A stretch of 64,000 bases of DNA from Eledone cirrhosa (taxonomy: Eukaryota), in NCBI GenBank assembly GCA_964016885.1, contig OZ024740.1, positions 318,122,001 to 318,186,000 of the forward strand, given 5' to 3'. Below are positions 40,631-56,139 of the stretch, piece after piece. The position numbers were made by a program, and so were the translations under genes. How positions within the stretch are numbered: position 1 is the first letter of the stretch; every line of letters begins with the position of its first letter. Under the pieces are notes generated by a model, which made no database searches, had not been told where the DNA came from, and saw only the letters and a list, made by a program, of their open reading frames with translations.

Positions 40631-43600
40631 CTAACATTCTAACGACTCTACCAATTCGAAGCCTTTTTACTACATTACACACAACAAATAATTCAGGATT
40701 GTCTCGTCTATTTCCACAAATTACATTCTATCTGACATTCTAACGACACTACCAATTCGCTGTCTTTCTACTACAATACTCACAACAAATAATCCAGGAT
40801 TGTCTCGTCTATTTCCACAACTTACATTCTATCTGATATTCTAACGACTCTACCCATTCGCTGTATTTCTACTACAATACTAACAACAAATAATCCAGGA
40901 TTGTCTCTTCTATTTCCACAACTTACATTCTATCTAACATTCTAACAACTCCACCAATTCGAAATCTTTCTACTACAATACTCACAACAAATCATCCAGT
41001 ATTGTCTCGTCTATTTCCACAACTTACATTCTATCTGATATTCTAACGACTCTACCAATTCGAAGTCTTTCTACTACAATACTCACAACAAATAATCCAG
41101 GATTGTCTCGTCTATTTCCACAAATTACATTCTATCTGACATTCTAACGACTCTACCAATTCGAAGTCTTTCTACTACAATACTCACAACAAATAATCCA
41201 GGATTGTCTCGTCTATTTCCACAACTTGCATTCTATCTGACATTCTAACGACTCTACCAATTCGAAGTCTTTCTACTACAATACTCAGAACAAATAATCC
41301 AGGTTTGTCTCGTCTATTTCCACAACTTACATTCTATCTAACATTCTAACGACTCTACCAATTCGAAGCCTTTTTACTACATTACTCACAACAAATAATT
41401 CAGGATTGTCTCGTCTATTTCCACAAATTACGTTCTATCTGACATTCTAACGACTCTACCAATTCGCTGTCTTTCTACTACAATACTCACAACAAATAAT
41501 CCAGGATTGTCTCGTCTATTTCCACAACATACATTCTATCTGACATTCTAACGACTCTACCAATTCGCTGTCTTTCCACTACAATACTCAACAAATAATC
41601 CAGGACTGTCTCGTCTATTTCCACAACTTACGTTCTATCTGACATTCTAAAGACTCTAACAATTCGAAGTCTTTCTACTACAATACTCAGAACAAATAAT
41701 CCAGGTTTGTCTCGTCTATTTCCACAACTTACATTCTATCTAACATTCTAACGACTCTACCAATTCGAAGCCTTTTTACTACATTACTCACAACAAATAA
41801 TTCAGGATTGTCTCGTCTATTTCCACAAATTACGTTCTATCTGACATTCTAACGACTCTACCAATTCGCTGTCTTTCTACTACAATACTCACAACAAATA
41901 ATCCAGGATTGTCTCGTCTATTTCCACAACTTATATTCTATCTGACATTCTAACGACTCTACCAATTCGAAGTCTTTCTACTACAATACTAATAAAAATA
42001 ATCTAGGATTGTCTCGTCTATTTCCACAACTTACATTCTATCTGACATTGAAACGACTCTATCAACTCGAAGTCTTTCTACTACAATACTAACTTCAAAT
42101 AATCCAGGATTGTCTCGTCTATTTCCACAACTTACATTCTATCTGACATTCTAACGACTCTACCAATTCGCTGTCTTTCTACTACAATACTCACAACAAA
42201 TAATCCAGGATTCTATCGTCTATTTCCACACCTTAGGTTCTATCTAACATTCTAACAACTCCACCAATTCGAAATCTTTCTACTACAATACTCACAACAA
42301 ATCATCCAGGAGTGTCTCGTCTATTTCCACAACTTACATCCTATCTGATATTCTAACGACTCTACCAATTCGAAGTCTTTCTACTAAAATACTCACAACA
42401 AATACTCCAGGATTGTCTCGTCTATTTCCACAACTTGCATTCTATCTAACATTCTAACGACTCTACCAATTCGCTGTCTTTCTACTACAATACTCACAAC
42501 AAATAATCCAGGATTGTCTCGTCTATTTCCACAACATACATTCTATCTGACATTCTAACGACTCTACCAATTCGCTGTCTTTCTACTACAATACTCAACA
42601 AATAATCCAGGACTGTCTCGTCTATTTCCACAACTTACGTTCTATCTGACATTCTAAAGACTCTAACAATTCGAAGTCTTTCTACTACAATACTCAGAAC
42701 AAATAATCCAGGTTTGTCTCGTCTATTTCCACAACTTACATTCTATCTAACATTCTAACGACTCTACCAATTCGAAGCCTTTTTACTACATTACACACAA
42801 TAAATAATTCAGGATTGTCTCGTCTATTTCCACAAATTACATTCTATCTGACATTCTAACGACTCTACCAATTCGCTGTCTTTCTACTACAATACTCACA
42901 ACAAATAATCCAGGATTGTCTCGTCTATTTCCACAACTTACATTCTATCTGATATTCTAACGACTCTACCAATTCGAAGTCTTTCTACTACAATACTATC
43001 AACAAATAATCCAGGATTGTCTCTTCTATTTCCACAACTTACATTCTATCTAACATTCTAACAACTCCACCAATTCGAAACCTTTCTACTACAATACTCA
43101 CAACAAATCATCCAGGATTGTCTCGTCTATTTCCACAACTTACATTCTATCTGAGATTCTAACGACTCTACCAATTCGAAGTCTTTCTACTACAATACTC
43201 ACAACAAATCATCCAGGATTGTCTCGTCTATTTCCACAAATTACATTCTATCTGACATTCTAACGACTCTACCAATTCGCTGTCTTTCTACTACAATACT
43301 CACAACAAATAATCCAGGATTGTCTCGTCTATTTCCACAACTTGCATTCTATCTGAGATTCTAACGACTCTACCAATTCGAAGTTTTTCTACTACAATAC
43401 TCACAACAAATCATCCAGGATTGTCTCGTCTATTTCCACAAATTACATTCTATCTGACATTCTAACGACTCTACCAATTCGCTGTCTTTCTACTACAATA
43501 CTCAACAAATAATCCAGGACTGTCTCGTCTATTTCCACAACTTACGTTCTATCTAACATTCTAACGACTCTACCAATTCGCTGTCTTTCTACTACAATAC

Positions 43601-44999
43601 TCACAACAAATAATCCAGGATTGTCTCGTATATTTCCACAACATACATTCTATCTGACATTCTAACGACTCTACCAATTCGCTGTCTTTCTACTACAATA
43701 CTCAACAAATAATCCAGGTCTGTCTCGTCTATTTCCACAACTTACGTTCTATCTGACATTCTAAAGACTCTAACAATTCGAAATCTTTCTACTACAATAC
43801 TCAGAACAAATAATCCAGGTTTGTCTCGTCTATTTCCACAACTTACATTCTATCTAACATTCTAACGACTCTACCAATTCGAAGCCTTTTTACTACATTA
43901 CACACAACAAATAATTCAGGATTGTCTCGTCTATTTCCACAAATTACATTCTATCTGACATTCTAACGACTCTACCAATTCGCTGTCTTTCTACTACAAT
44001 ACTCACAACAAATAATCCAGGATTGTCTCGTCTATTTCCACAACTTACGTTCTATCTGATATTCTAACGACTCTACCAATTCGAAGTCTTTCTACTACAA
44101 TACGAACAGCAAATAATCCAGGATTGTCTCTTCTATTTCCACAACTTACATTCTATCTAACATTCTAACAACTCCACCAATTCGAAATCTTTCTACTACA
44201 ATACTCACAACAAATCATCCAGTATTGTCTCGTCTATTTCCACAACTTACATTCTATCTGATATTCTAACGACTCTACCAATTCGAAGTCTTTCTACTAC
44301 AATACTCACAACAAATAATCCAGGATTGTCTCGTCTATTTCCACAACTTGCATTCTATCTGACATTCTAACGACTCTACCAATTCGAAGTCTTTCTACTA
44401 CAATACTCACAACAAATAATCCAGGATTGTCTCGTCTATTTCCACAAATTACATTCTATCTGACATTCTAACGACTCTACCAATTCGCTGTCTTTCTACT
44501 ACAATACTCACAACAAATAATCCAGGATTGTCTCGTCTATTTCCACAACTTACGTTCTATCTGACATTCTAACGACTCTAACAATTCGAAGTCTTTCTAC
44601 TACAATACTCAGAACAAATAATCCAGGTTTGTCTCGTCTATTTCCACAACTTACATTCTATCTAACATTCTAACGACTCTACCAATTCGAAGCCTTTTTA
44701 CTACATTACTCACAACAAATAATTCAGGATTGTCTCGTCTATTTCCACAAATTACGTTCTATCTGACATTCTAAAGACTCTAACAATTCGAAGTCTTTCT
44801 ACTACAATACTCAGAACAAATAATCCAGGTTTGTCTCGTCTATTTCCACAACTTACATTCTATCTAACATTCTAACGACTCTACCAATTCGAAGCCTTTT
44901 TACTACATTACTCACAACAAATAATTCAGGATTGTCTCGTCTATTTCCACAAATTACGTTCTATCTGACATTCTAACGACTCTACCAATTCGCTGTCTT

Positions 45000-46520
45000 T
45001 CTACTACAATACTCACAACAAATAATCCAGGATTGTCTCGTCTATTTCCACAACTTACATTCTATCTGATATTCTAACGACTCTACCAATTCGAAGTCTT
45101 TCTACTACAATACTCACAACAAATAATCCAGGATTGTCTCGTCTATTTCCACAACTTACATTCTATCTGATATTCGAACGACTCTACCAATTCGAAGTTT
45201 TTCTACTACAATACTAACACCAAATAATCCAGGATTGTCTCGTCTATTTCCACAACTTACGTTCTATCTGACATTCTAACAACTCTACAAATTCGAAGTC
45301 TTTCTACTACAATACTAACTTCAAATAATCCAGGATTGTCTCGTCTATTTCCACAACTTACATTCTATCCGACATTCTAACGACTCTAACAATTCGCTGT
45401 ATTTCTACTACAATACTCACAACACATAATCCAGGATTGTCTCGTCTATTTCCACAACATACATTCTATCTGACATTCTAACGACTCTACCAATTCGCTG
45501 TCTTTCTACTACAACACTCAACAAATAATCCAGGACTGTCTCGTCTATTTCCACAACTTACGTTCTATCTGACATTCTAAAGACTAACAATTCGAAGTCT
45601 TTCTACTACAATACTCAGAACAAATAATCCAGGTTTGTCTCGTCTATTTCCACAACTTACATTCTATCTAACATTCTAACGACTCTACCAATTCGAAGCC
45701 ATTTTACTACATTACTCACAACAAATAATTCAGGATTGTCTCGTCTATTTCCACAAATTACGTTCTATCTGACATTCTAACGACTCTACCAATTCGCTGT
45801 CTTTCTACTACAATACTCACAACAAATAATCCAGGATTGTCTCGTCTATTTCCACAACTTACATTATATCTGATATTCTAACGACTCTACCAATTCGAAG
45901 TCTTTCTACTACAATACTCACAACAAATAATCCAGGATTGTCTCCTCTATTTCCACAACTTACATTCTATCTGATATTCGAAAGACTCTACCAATTCGAA
46001 GTTTTTCTACTACAATACTAACACCAAATAATCCAGGATTGTCTCGTCTATTTCCACAACTTACGTTCTATCTGACATTCTAACAACTCTACCAATTCGA
46101 AGTCTTTCTACTACAATACTAACTTCAAATAATCCAGGATTGTCTCGTCTATTTCCACAACTTACATTCTATCCGACATTCTAACGACTCTAACAATTCG
46201 CTGTATTTCTACTACAATACTCACAACACATAATCCAGGATTGTCTCGTCTATTTCCACAACATACATTCTATCTGACATTCTAACGACTCTACCAATTC
46301 GCTGTCTTTCTACTACAATACTCAACAAATAATCCAGGACTGTCTCGTCTATTTCCACAACTTACGTTCTATCTGACATTTTAAAGACTCTAACAATTCG
46401 AAGTCTTTCTTCTACAATACTCAGAACAAATAATCCAGGTTTGTCTCGTATATTTCCACAACTTACATTCTATCTAACATTCTAACGACTCTACCAATTC
46501 GAAGCCTTTTTACTACATTA
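45000..46520. repeat. Duplication with an 8-monomer (804 bp) period
   Basis: TATTCGAA 45171/45975 and CATTCTATCCGAC 45361/46165 share the offset. The private variants CTAACACCAA and CAACACATAAT occur in both copies. Confidence 0.85.
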
Positions 46521-49179
46521 CTCACAACAAATAATTCAGGATTGCCCCGTCTATTTCCACAACTTACATTCTACCTGACATTCTAACGACTCTACCAATT
46601 CGCTGTCTTTCTACTACAATACTCACAACAAATAATCCAGGATTGTCTCGTCTATTTCCACAACTTACATTCTATCTGACATTCTAACGACTCTACCAAT
46701 TCGCTGTCTTTCTACTACAATACTCACAACAAATAATTCAGGATTCTATCGTCTATTTCCACACCTTACATTCTATCTGATATTCTAACGACTCTACCAA
46801 TTCGAAGTCTTTCTACTACAATACTAACAACAAATAATCCAGGATTGTCTCTTCTATTTCCACAACTTACATTCTATCTAACATTCTAACAACTCCACCA
46901 ATTCGAAATCATTCTACTACAATACTCACAACAATCATCCAGGATTGTCTCGTCTATTTCCACAACTTACATCCTATCTGATATTCTAACGACTCTACCA
47001 ATTCGCTGTCTTTCTACTACAATGCTCACAACAAATAATCCAGGATTGTCTCGTCTATTTCCACAACTTACATTCTATCTGATATTCTAACGACTCTACC
47101 AATCCGAAGTCTTTCTGCTACAATACTCACAACAAATAATCCAGGATTGTCTCGTCTATTTCCACAACTTGCATTCTATCTGACATTCTAACGACTCTAC
47201 CAATTCGAAGTCTTTCTACTACAATACTCACAACAAATAATCAAGGATTGTCTCGTCTATTTCCACAAATTACATTCTATCTGACATTCTAACGACTCTA
47301 CCAATTCGCTGTCTTTCTACTACAATACTCACAACAAATAATCCAGGATTGTCTCGTCTATTTACACAACTTACATTCTATCTGACATTCTAACGACTCT
47401 ACCAATTCGAAGTCTTTCTACTACAATACTCACAACAAATAATCCAGGACTGTCTCGTCTATTTCAACAACTTACGTTCTATCTGACATTCTAAAGACTC
47501 TAACAATTCGAAGTTTTTCTACTACAATACTCAGAACAAATAATCCAGGTTTGTCTCGTCTATTTCCACAACTTACATTCTATCTAACATTCTAACGACT
47601 CTACCAATTCGAAGCCTTTTTACTACATTACTCACAACAAATAATTCAGGATTGCCCCGTCTATTTCCACAACTTACATTCTACCTGACATTCTAACGAC
47701 TCTACCAATTCGCTGTCTTTCTACTACAATACTCACAACAAATAATCCAGGATTGTCTCGTCTATTTCCACAACTTACATTCTATCTGATATTCTAACGA
47801 CTCTACCAATTCGAAGTCTTTCTACTACAATACTAACAACAAATAATCCAGGATTGTCTCTTCTATTTCCACAACTTACATTCTATCTAACATTCTAACA
47901 ACTCCACCAATTCGAAATCTTTCTACTACAATACTCACAACAAATCATCCAGGATTGTCTCGTCTATTTCCACAACTTACATTCTATCTGATATTCTAAC
48001 GACTCTACCAATTCGAAGTCTTTCTACTACAATACTAACAACAAATAATCCAGGATTGTCTCTTCTATTTCAACAACTTACATTCTATCTGATATTCTAA
48101 CGACTCTACCAATTCGAATCTTTCTACTACAATACTCACAACAAATAATACAGGATTGTCTCTTCTATTTCAACAACTTACATTCTATCTGACATTCTAA
48201 CGACTCTACCAATTCGAAGTCTTTCTACTACAATACTCACAACAAATAATCCAGGAATATCTCGTCTATTTCCACAACTTACATTCTATCTGACATTGAA
48301 ACGACTCTATCAATTCGAAGTCTTTCTACTACAATACTAACTTCAAATAATCCAGGATTGTCTCGTCTATTTCCACAACTTACATTCTATCTGACATTGT
48401 AACGACTCTACCAATTCGAAGTCTTTCTACTACAATACTAATAAAAATAATCTAGGATTGTCTCGTCTATTTCCACAACTTACAGTCTATCTGCCATTCT
48501 AACGACTCTACCAATCCGCTGTCTTTCTACTACAATACTCAACAAATAATCCAGGACTGTCTCGTCTATTTCCACAACTTACGTTCTATCTGACATTCTA
48601 AAGACTCTAACAATTCTAAGTCTTTCTACTACAATACTCAGAACAAATAATCCAGGTTTGTCTCGTCTATTTCCACAACTTACATTCTATCTAACATTCA
48701 AACGACTCTACCAATTCGAAGCCTTTTTACTACATTACTCACAACAAATAATTCAGGATTGTCTCGTCTATTTCCACAAATTACGTTCTATCTGACATTC
48801 TAACGACTCTACGAATTCGCTGTCTTTCTACTACAATACTCACAACAAATAATCCAGGATTGTCTCGTCTATTTCCACAACTTACATTCTATCTGATATT
48901 CTAACGACTCTACCAATTCGAAGTCTTTCTACTACAATACTCACAACAAATAATCCAGGATTGTGTCGTCTATTTCCACAACTTACATTATATCTGATAT
49001 TCTAACGACTCTACCAATTCGAAGTCTTTCTACTACAATACTAACAACAAATAATCCAGGATTGTCTCTTCTATTTCCACAACTTACATTCTATCTGACA
49101 TTCTAACAACTCTACCAATTCGAAATCTTTCTACTACAATACTCACAACAAATAATCCAGGATTGTCTCGTCTATTTCC

Positions 49180-50400
49180 ACAACTTACATTCTATCTGAT
49201 ATTCTAACGACTCTACCAATTCGAAGTCTTTCTACTACAATACTAACAACAAATAATCCAGGATTGTCTCTTCTATTTCCACAACTTACATTCTATCTGA
49301 CATTCTAACAACTCTACCAATTAGAAATCTTTCTACTACAATACTCACAACAAATAATCCAGGATTGTCTCGTCTATTTCCACAACTTACATTCTATCTG
49401 ATATTCTAACGACTCTACCAATTCAAAGTCTTTCTACTACAATACTAACAACAAATAATCCAGGATTGTCTCGTCTATTTCCACAACTTACGTTCTATCT
49501 GACATTCTAACAACTCTACCAATTCGAAGTCTTTCTACTACAATACTCACAACAAATAATACAGGATTGGCTCGTCTATTTCCACAACTTACATTCTATC
49601 TGACATTCTAACGACTCTACCAATTCGCTGTATTCCTACTACAATACTCACATCAAATAATCCAGGATTGGCTCGTCTATTTCCACAACTTACATTCTAT
49701 CTGACATTCTAACGACTCTACCAATTCGCTGTCTTTCTACTACAATACTCAACAAATAATCCAGGACTGTCTCGTGTATTTCCACAATTTACGTTCTATC
49801 TGACATTCTAAAGACTCTAACAATTCGAAGTCTTTGTACTACAATACTCAGAAAAAATAAGCCAGGATTGCCCCGTCTATTTCCACAACTTACATTCTAT
49901 CTGATATTCTAACGACTCTACCAATTCGAAGTCTTTCTACTACAATACTAACAACAAATAATCCAGGATTGTCTCTTCTATTTCCACAACTTACATTCTA
50001 TCTGACATTCTAACAACTCTACCAATTAGAAATCTTTCTACTACAATACTCACAACAAATAATCCAGGATTGTCTCGTCTATTTCCACAACTTACATTCT
50101 ATCTGATATTCTAACGACTCTACCAATTCAAAGTCTTTCTACTACAATACTAACAACAAATAATCCAGGATTGTCTCGTCTATTTCCACAACTTACGTTC
50201 TATCTGACATTCTAACAACTCTACCAATTCGAAGTCTTTCTACTACAATACTCACAACAAATAATACAGGATTGGCTCGTCTATTTCCACAACTTACATT
50301 CTATCTGACATTCTAACGACTCTACCAATTCGCTGTATTCCTACTACAATACTCACATCAAATAATCCAGGATTGGCTCGTCTATTTCCACAACTTACAT
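49180..50400. repeat. Repeated block of about 5 monomers at a 705 bp offset, separated by two unduplicated divergent monomers
   Basis: TTAGAAATCT 49321/50026 and TATTCCTACT 49631/50336 share the offset. ATTCAAAG and CACATCAAATAATCCAGGATTGG are in both copies. Confidence 0.85.
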
Positions 50401-53400
50401 TCTACCTGACATTCTAACGCATCTACCAATTCGCTGTCTTTCTACTACAATACTAACAACAAATAATCCAGGATTGTCTCTTCTATTTCCACAACTTACA
50501 TTCTATCTAACATTCTAACAACTCCACCAATTCGAAATCTTTCTACTACAATACTCACAACAAATCATCCAGGATTGTCTCGTCTATTTCCACAACTTAC
50601 ATTCTATCTGATATTCTAACGACTCTACCAATTCGAAGTCTTTCTACTACAATACTCACAACAAATAATCCAGGATTGTCTCGTCTATTTCCACAACTTA
50701 CATTCTATCTGATATTCTAACGACTCTACCAATTCGAAGTCTTTCTACTACAATACTCACAACAAATAATCCAGGATTGTCTCGTCTATTTCCACAACTT
50801 GCATTCTATCTGACATTCTAACGACTCTACCAATTCGAAGTCTTTCTACTACAATACTCACAACAAATAATCCAGGATTGTCTCGTCTATTTCCACAAAT
50901 TACATTCTATCTGACATTCTAACGACTCTACCAATTCGCTGTCTTTCTACTACAATACTCAACAAATAATCCAGGACTGTCTCGTCTATTTCCACAACTT
51001 ACGTTCTATCTGACATTCTAAAGACTCTAACAATTCGGAGTTTTTCTACTACAATACTCAGAACAAATAATCCAGGTTTGTCTCGTCTATTTCCACAACT
51101 TACATTCTATCTAACATTCTAACGACTCTACCAATTCGAAGCCTTTTTACTACATTACTCACAACAAATAATTCAGGATTGCCCCGTCTATTTCCACAAC
51201 TTACATTCTATCTAACATTCTAACAACTCCACCAATTCGAAATCTTTCTACTACAATACTCACAACAAATCATCCAGGATTGTCTCGTCTATATCCACAA
51301 CTTACATTCTATCTGATATTCTAACGACTCTACCAATTCGAAGTCTTTCTACTACAATACTAACAACAAATAATCCAGGATTGTCTCTTCTATTTCCACA
51401 ACTTACATTCTATCTGATATTCTAACGACTCTACCAATTCGAATCTTTCTACTACAATACTCACAACAAATAATACAGGATTGGCTCGTCTATTTCCACA
51501 ACTTACATTCTATCTGACGTTCTAACGACTCTACCAATTCGCTGTATTTCTACTACAATACTCACAACAAATAATCCAGCACTGTTTCGTCTATTTCCAC
51601 AACTCACATTCTATCTGACATTCTAACGACTCTACCAATTCGAAGTCTTTCTACTACAATACTCACAACAAATAATCCAGGAATATCTCGTCTATTTCCA
51701 CAACTTACATTCTATCTGACTTTGAAACGACTCTATCAATTCGAAGTCTTTCTACTACAATACTAACTTCAAATAATCCAGGATTGTCTCGTCTATTTCC
51801 ACAACTTACATTCTATCTGACATTCTAACGACTCTACCAATTCGAAGTCTTTCTACTACAATACTAATAAAAATAATCTAGGATTGTCTCGTCTATTTCC
51901 ACAACTTACATTCTATCTGCCATTCTAACGACTCTACCAATTCGCTGTCTTTCTACTACAATACTCAACAAATAATCCAGGACTGTCTGGTCTATTTCCA
52001 CATCTTACGTTCTATCTGACATTCTAAAGACTCTAACAATTCGAAGTCTTTCTACTACAATACTCAGAACAAATAATCCAGGTTTATCTCGTCTATTTCC
52101 ACAACTTACATTCTATCTAACATTCTAACGACTCTACCAATTCGCTGTCTTTCTACTACAATACTCGCAACAAATAATCCAGGATTGTCTCGTCTATTTC
52201 CACAACTTACATTCTATCTGATATTCTAACGACTCTACCAATTCGAAGTCTTTCTACTACAATACTAACAACAAATAATCCAGGATTGTCTCTTCTATTT
52301 CCACAACTTACATTCTATCTGACATTCTAAGGACTCTACCAATTCGCTGTATTTCTACTACAATACTCACATCAAATAATCCAGGATTGTCTCGTCTATT
52401 TCCGCAACATACATTCTATCTGACATTTTAACGACTCTACCAATTCGCTGTCTTTCTACTACAATACTCAACAAATAATCCAGGACTGTCTCGTCTATTT
52501 CCACAACTTACGTTCTATCTGACATTCTAAAGACTCTAACAATTCGAAGTCTTTCTACTACTATACTCAGAACAAATAATCCAGGTTTGTCTCGTCTATT
52601 TCCACAACTTACATTCTATCTAACATTCTAACGACTCAACCAATTCGAAGCCTTTTTACTACATTACTCACAACAAATAATTCAGGATTGCCCCGTCTAT
52701 TTCCACAACTTACATTCTACCTGACATTCTAACGACTCTACCAATTCGCTGTCTTTCTACTACAATGCTCACAACAAATAATCCAGGATTGTCTCGTCTA
52801 TTTCCACAACTTACATTCTATCTGATATTCTAACGACTCTACCAATTCGAAGTCTTTCTACTACAATACTCACAACAAATAATCCAGGATTGTCTCTTCT
52901 ATTTCCACAACTTACATTCTATCTAACATTCTAACAACTCCACCAATTCGAAATCTTTCTACTACAATACTCACAACAAATCATCCAGGATTGTCTCGTC
53001 TATTTCCACAACTTACATTCTATCTGATATTCTAACGACTCTACCAATCCGAAGACTTTCTACTACAATACTCACAACAAATAATCCAGGATTGTCTCGT
53101 CTATTTCCACAACTTGCATTCTATCTGACATTCTAACGACTCTACCAATTCAAAGTCTTTCTACTACAATACTCACAACAAATAATCCAGGATTGTCTCG
53201 TCTATTTCCACAAATTACATTCTATCTGTCATTCTAACGACTCTACCAATTCGCTGTCTTTCTACTACAATACTCACAACAAATAATCCAGGATTGTCTC
53301 GTCTATTTCCACAACTTACATTCTATCTGATATTCTAACGACTCTACCAATTCGAAGTCTTTCTACTACAATACTCACAACAAATAATCCAGGATTGTCT

Positions 53401-56139
53401 CTTCTATTTCCACAACTTACATTTTATCTAACATTCTAACAACTCCACCAATTCGAAATCCTTCTACTACAATACTCACAACAAATCCTCCAGGATTGTC
53501 TCGTCTATTTCCACAACTTACATTCTATCTGATATTCTAACGACTCTACCAATCCGAAGTCTTTCTACTACAATACTCACAACAAATAATCCAGGATTGT
53601 CTCGTCTATTTCCACAACTTACATTCTATCTGACGTTCTAACGACTCTACCAATTCGCTGTATTTCTACTACAATACTCACAACAAATAATCCAGCACTG
53701 TTTCGTCTATTTCCACAACTCACATTCTATCTGACATTCTAACGACTCTACCAATTCGAAGTCTTTCTACTACAATACTCACAACAAATAATCCAGGAAT
53801 ATCTCGTCTATTTCCACAACTTACATTCTATCTGACTTTGAAACGACTCTATCAATTCGAAGTCTTTCTACTACAATACTAACTTCAAATAATCCAGGAT
53901 TGTCTCGTCTATTTCCACAACTTACATTCTATCTGACATTCTAACGACTCTACCAATTCGAAGTCTTTCTACTACAATACTAATAAAAATAATCTAGGAT
54001 TGTCTCGTCTATTTCCACAACTTACGTTCTATCTGACATTCTAAAGACTCTAACAATTCGAAGTCTTTCTACTACAATACTCAGAACAAATAATCCAGGT
54101 TTGTCTCTTCTATTTCCACAACTTACATTCTATGTGACATTCTAACGACTCTACCAATTCGCTGTATTTCTACTACAATACTCACATCAAATAATCCAGG
54201 ATTGTCTCGTCTATTTCCACAACTTACATTCTATCTGACTTTGAAACGACTCTATCAATTCGAAGTCTTTCTACTACAATACTAACTTCAAATAATCCAG
54301 GATTGTCTCGTCTATTTCCACAACTTACATTCTATCTGATATTCTAACGACTCTACCAATCCGAAGTCTTTCTACTACAATACTCACAACAAATAATCCA
54401 GGATTGTCTCGTCTATTTCCACAACTTGCATTCTATCTGACATTCTAACGACTCTACCAATTCGAAGTCTTTCTACTACAATACTCACAACAAATAATCC
54501 AGGATTGTCTCGTCTATTTCCACAAATTACATTCTATCTGACATTCTAACGACTCTACCAATTCGCTGTCTTTCTACTACAATACTCGCAACAAATAATC
54601 CAGGATTGTCTCGTCTATTTCCACAACTTACATTCTATCTGATATTCTAACGACTCTACCAATTCGAAGTCTTTCTACTACAATACTAACAACAAATAAT
54701 CCAGGATTGTCTCTTCTATTTCCACAACTTACATTCTATCTGACATTCTAACGACTCTACCAATTCGCTGTATTTCTACTACAATACTCACATCAAATAA
54801 TCCAGGATTGTCTCGTCTATTTCCGCAACATACATTCTATCTGACATTCTAACGACTCTACCAATTCGCTGTCTTTCTACTACAATACTCAACAAATAAT
54901 CCAGGACTGTCTCGTCTATTTCCACAACTTACGTTCTATCTGACATTCTAAAGACTCTAACAATTCGAAGTCTTTCTACTACAATACTCAGAACAAATAA
55001 TCCAGGTTTGTCTCGTCTATTTCCACAACTTACATTCTATCTAACATTTTAACGACTCAACCAATTCGAAGCCTTTTTACTACATTACTCACAACAAATA
55101 ATTCAGGATTGCCCCGTCTATTTCCACAACTTACATTCTACCTGACATTCTAACGACTCTACCAATTCGCTGTCTTTCTACTACAATACTCACAACAAAT
55201 AATCCAGGATTGTCTCGTCTATTTCCACAACTTACATTCTATCTGATATACTAACGACTCTACCAATTCGAAGTCTTTCTACTACAATACTCACAACAAA
55301 TAATCCAGGATTGTCTCTTCTATTTCCACAACTTACATTCTATCTAACATTCTAACAACTCCACCAATTCGAAATCTTTCTACTACAATACACACAACAA
55401 ATCATCCAGGATTGTCTCGTCTATTTCCACAACTTACATTCTATCTGATATTCTAACGACTCTACCAATCCGAAGTCTTTCTACTACAATACTCACAACA
55501 AATAATCCAGGATTGTCTCGTCTATTTCCACAACTTGCATTCTATCTGACATTCTAACGACTCTACCAATTCGAAGTCTTTCTACTACAATACTCACAAC
55601 AAATAATCCAGGATTGTCTCGTCTATTTCCACAAATTACATTCTATCTGACATTCTAACGACTCTACCAATTCGCTGTCTTTCTACTACAATACTCACAA
55701 CAAATAATCCAGGATTGTCTCGTCTATTTCCACAACTTACATTCTATCTGATATTCTAACGACTCTACCAATTCGAAGTCTTTCTACTACAATACTCACA
55801 ACAAATAATCCAGGATTGTCTCGTCTATTTCCACAACTTGCATTCTATCTGACATTCTAACGACTCTACCAATTCGAAGTCTTTCTACTACAATACTCAC
55901 AACAAATAATCCAGGATTGTCTCGTCTATTTCCACGAATTACATTCTCTCTGACATTCTAACGACTCTACCAATTCGCTGTCTTTCTACTACAATACTCA
56001 ACAAATAATCCAGGACTGTCTCGTCTATTTCCACAACTTACGTTCTATCTGACATTCTAAAGACTATAACAATTCGAAGTTTTTCTACTACAATACTCAG
56101 AACAAATAATCCAGGTTTGTCTCGTCTATTTCCACAACT

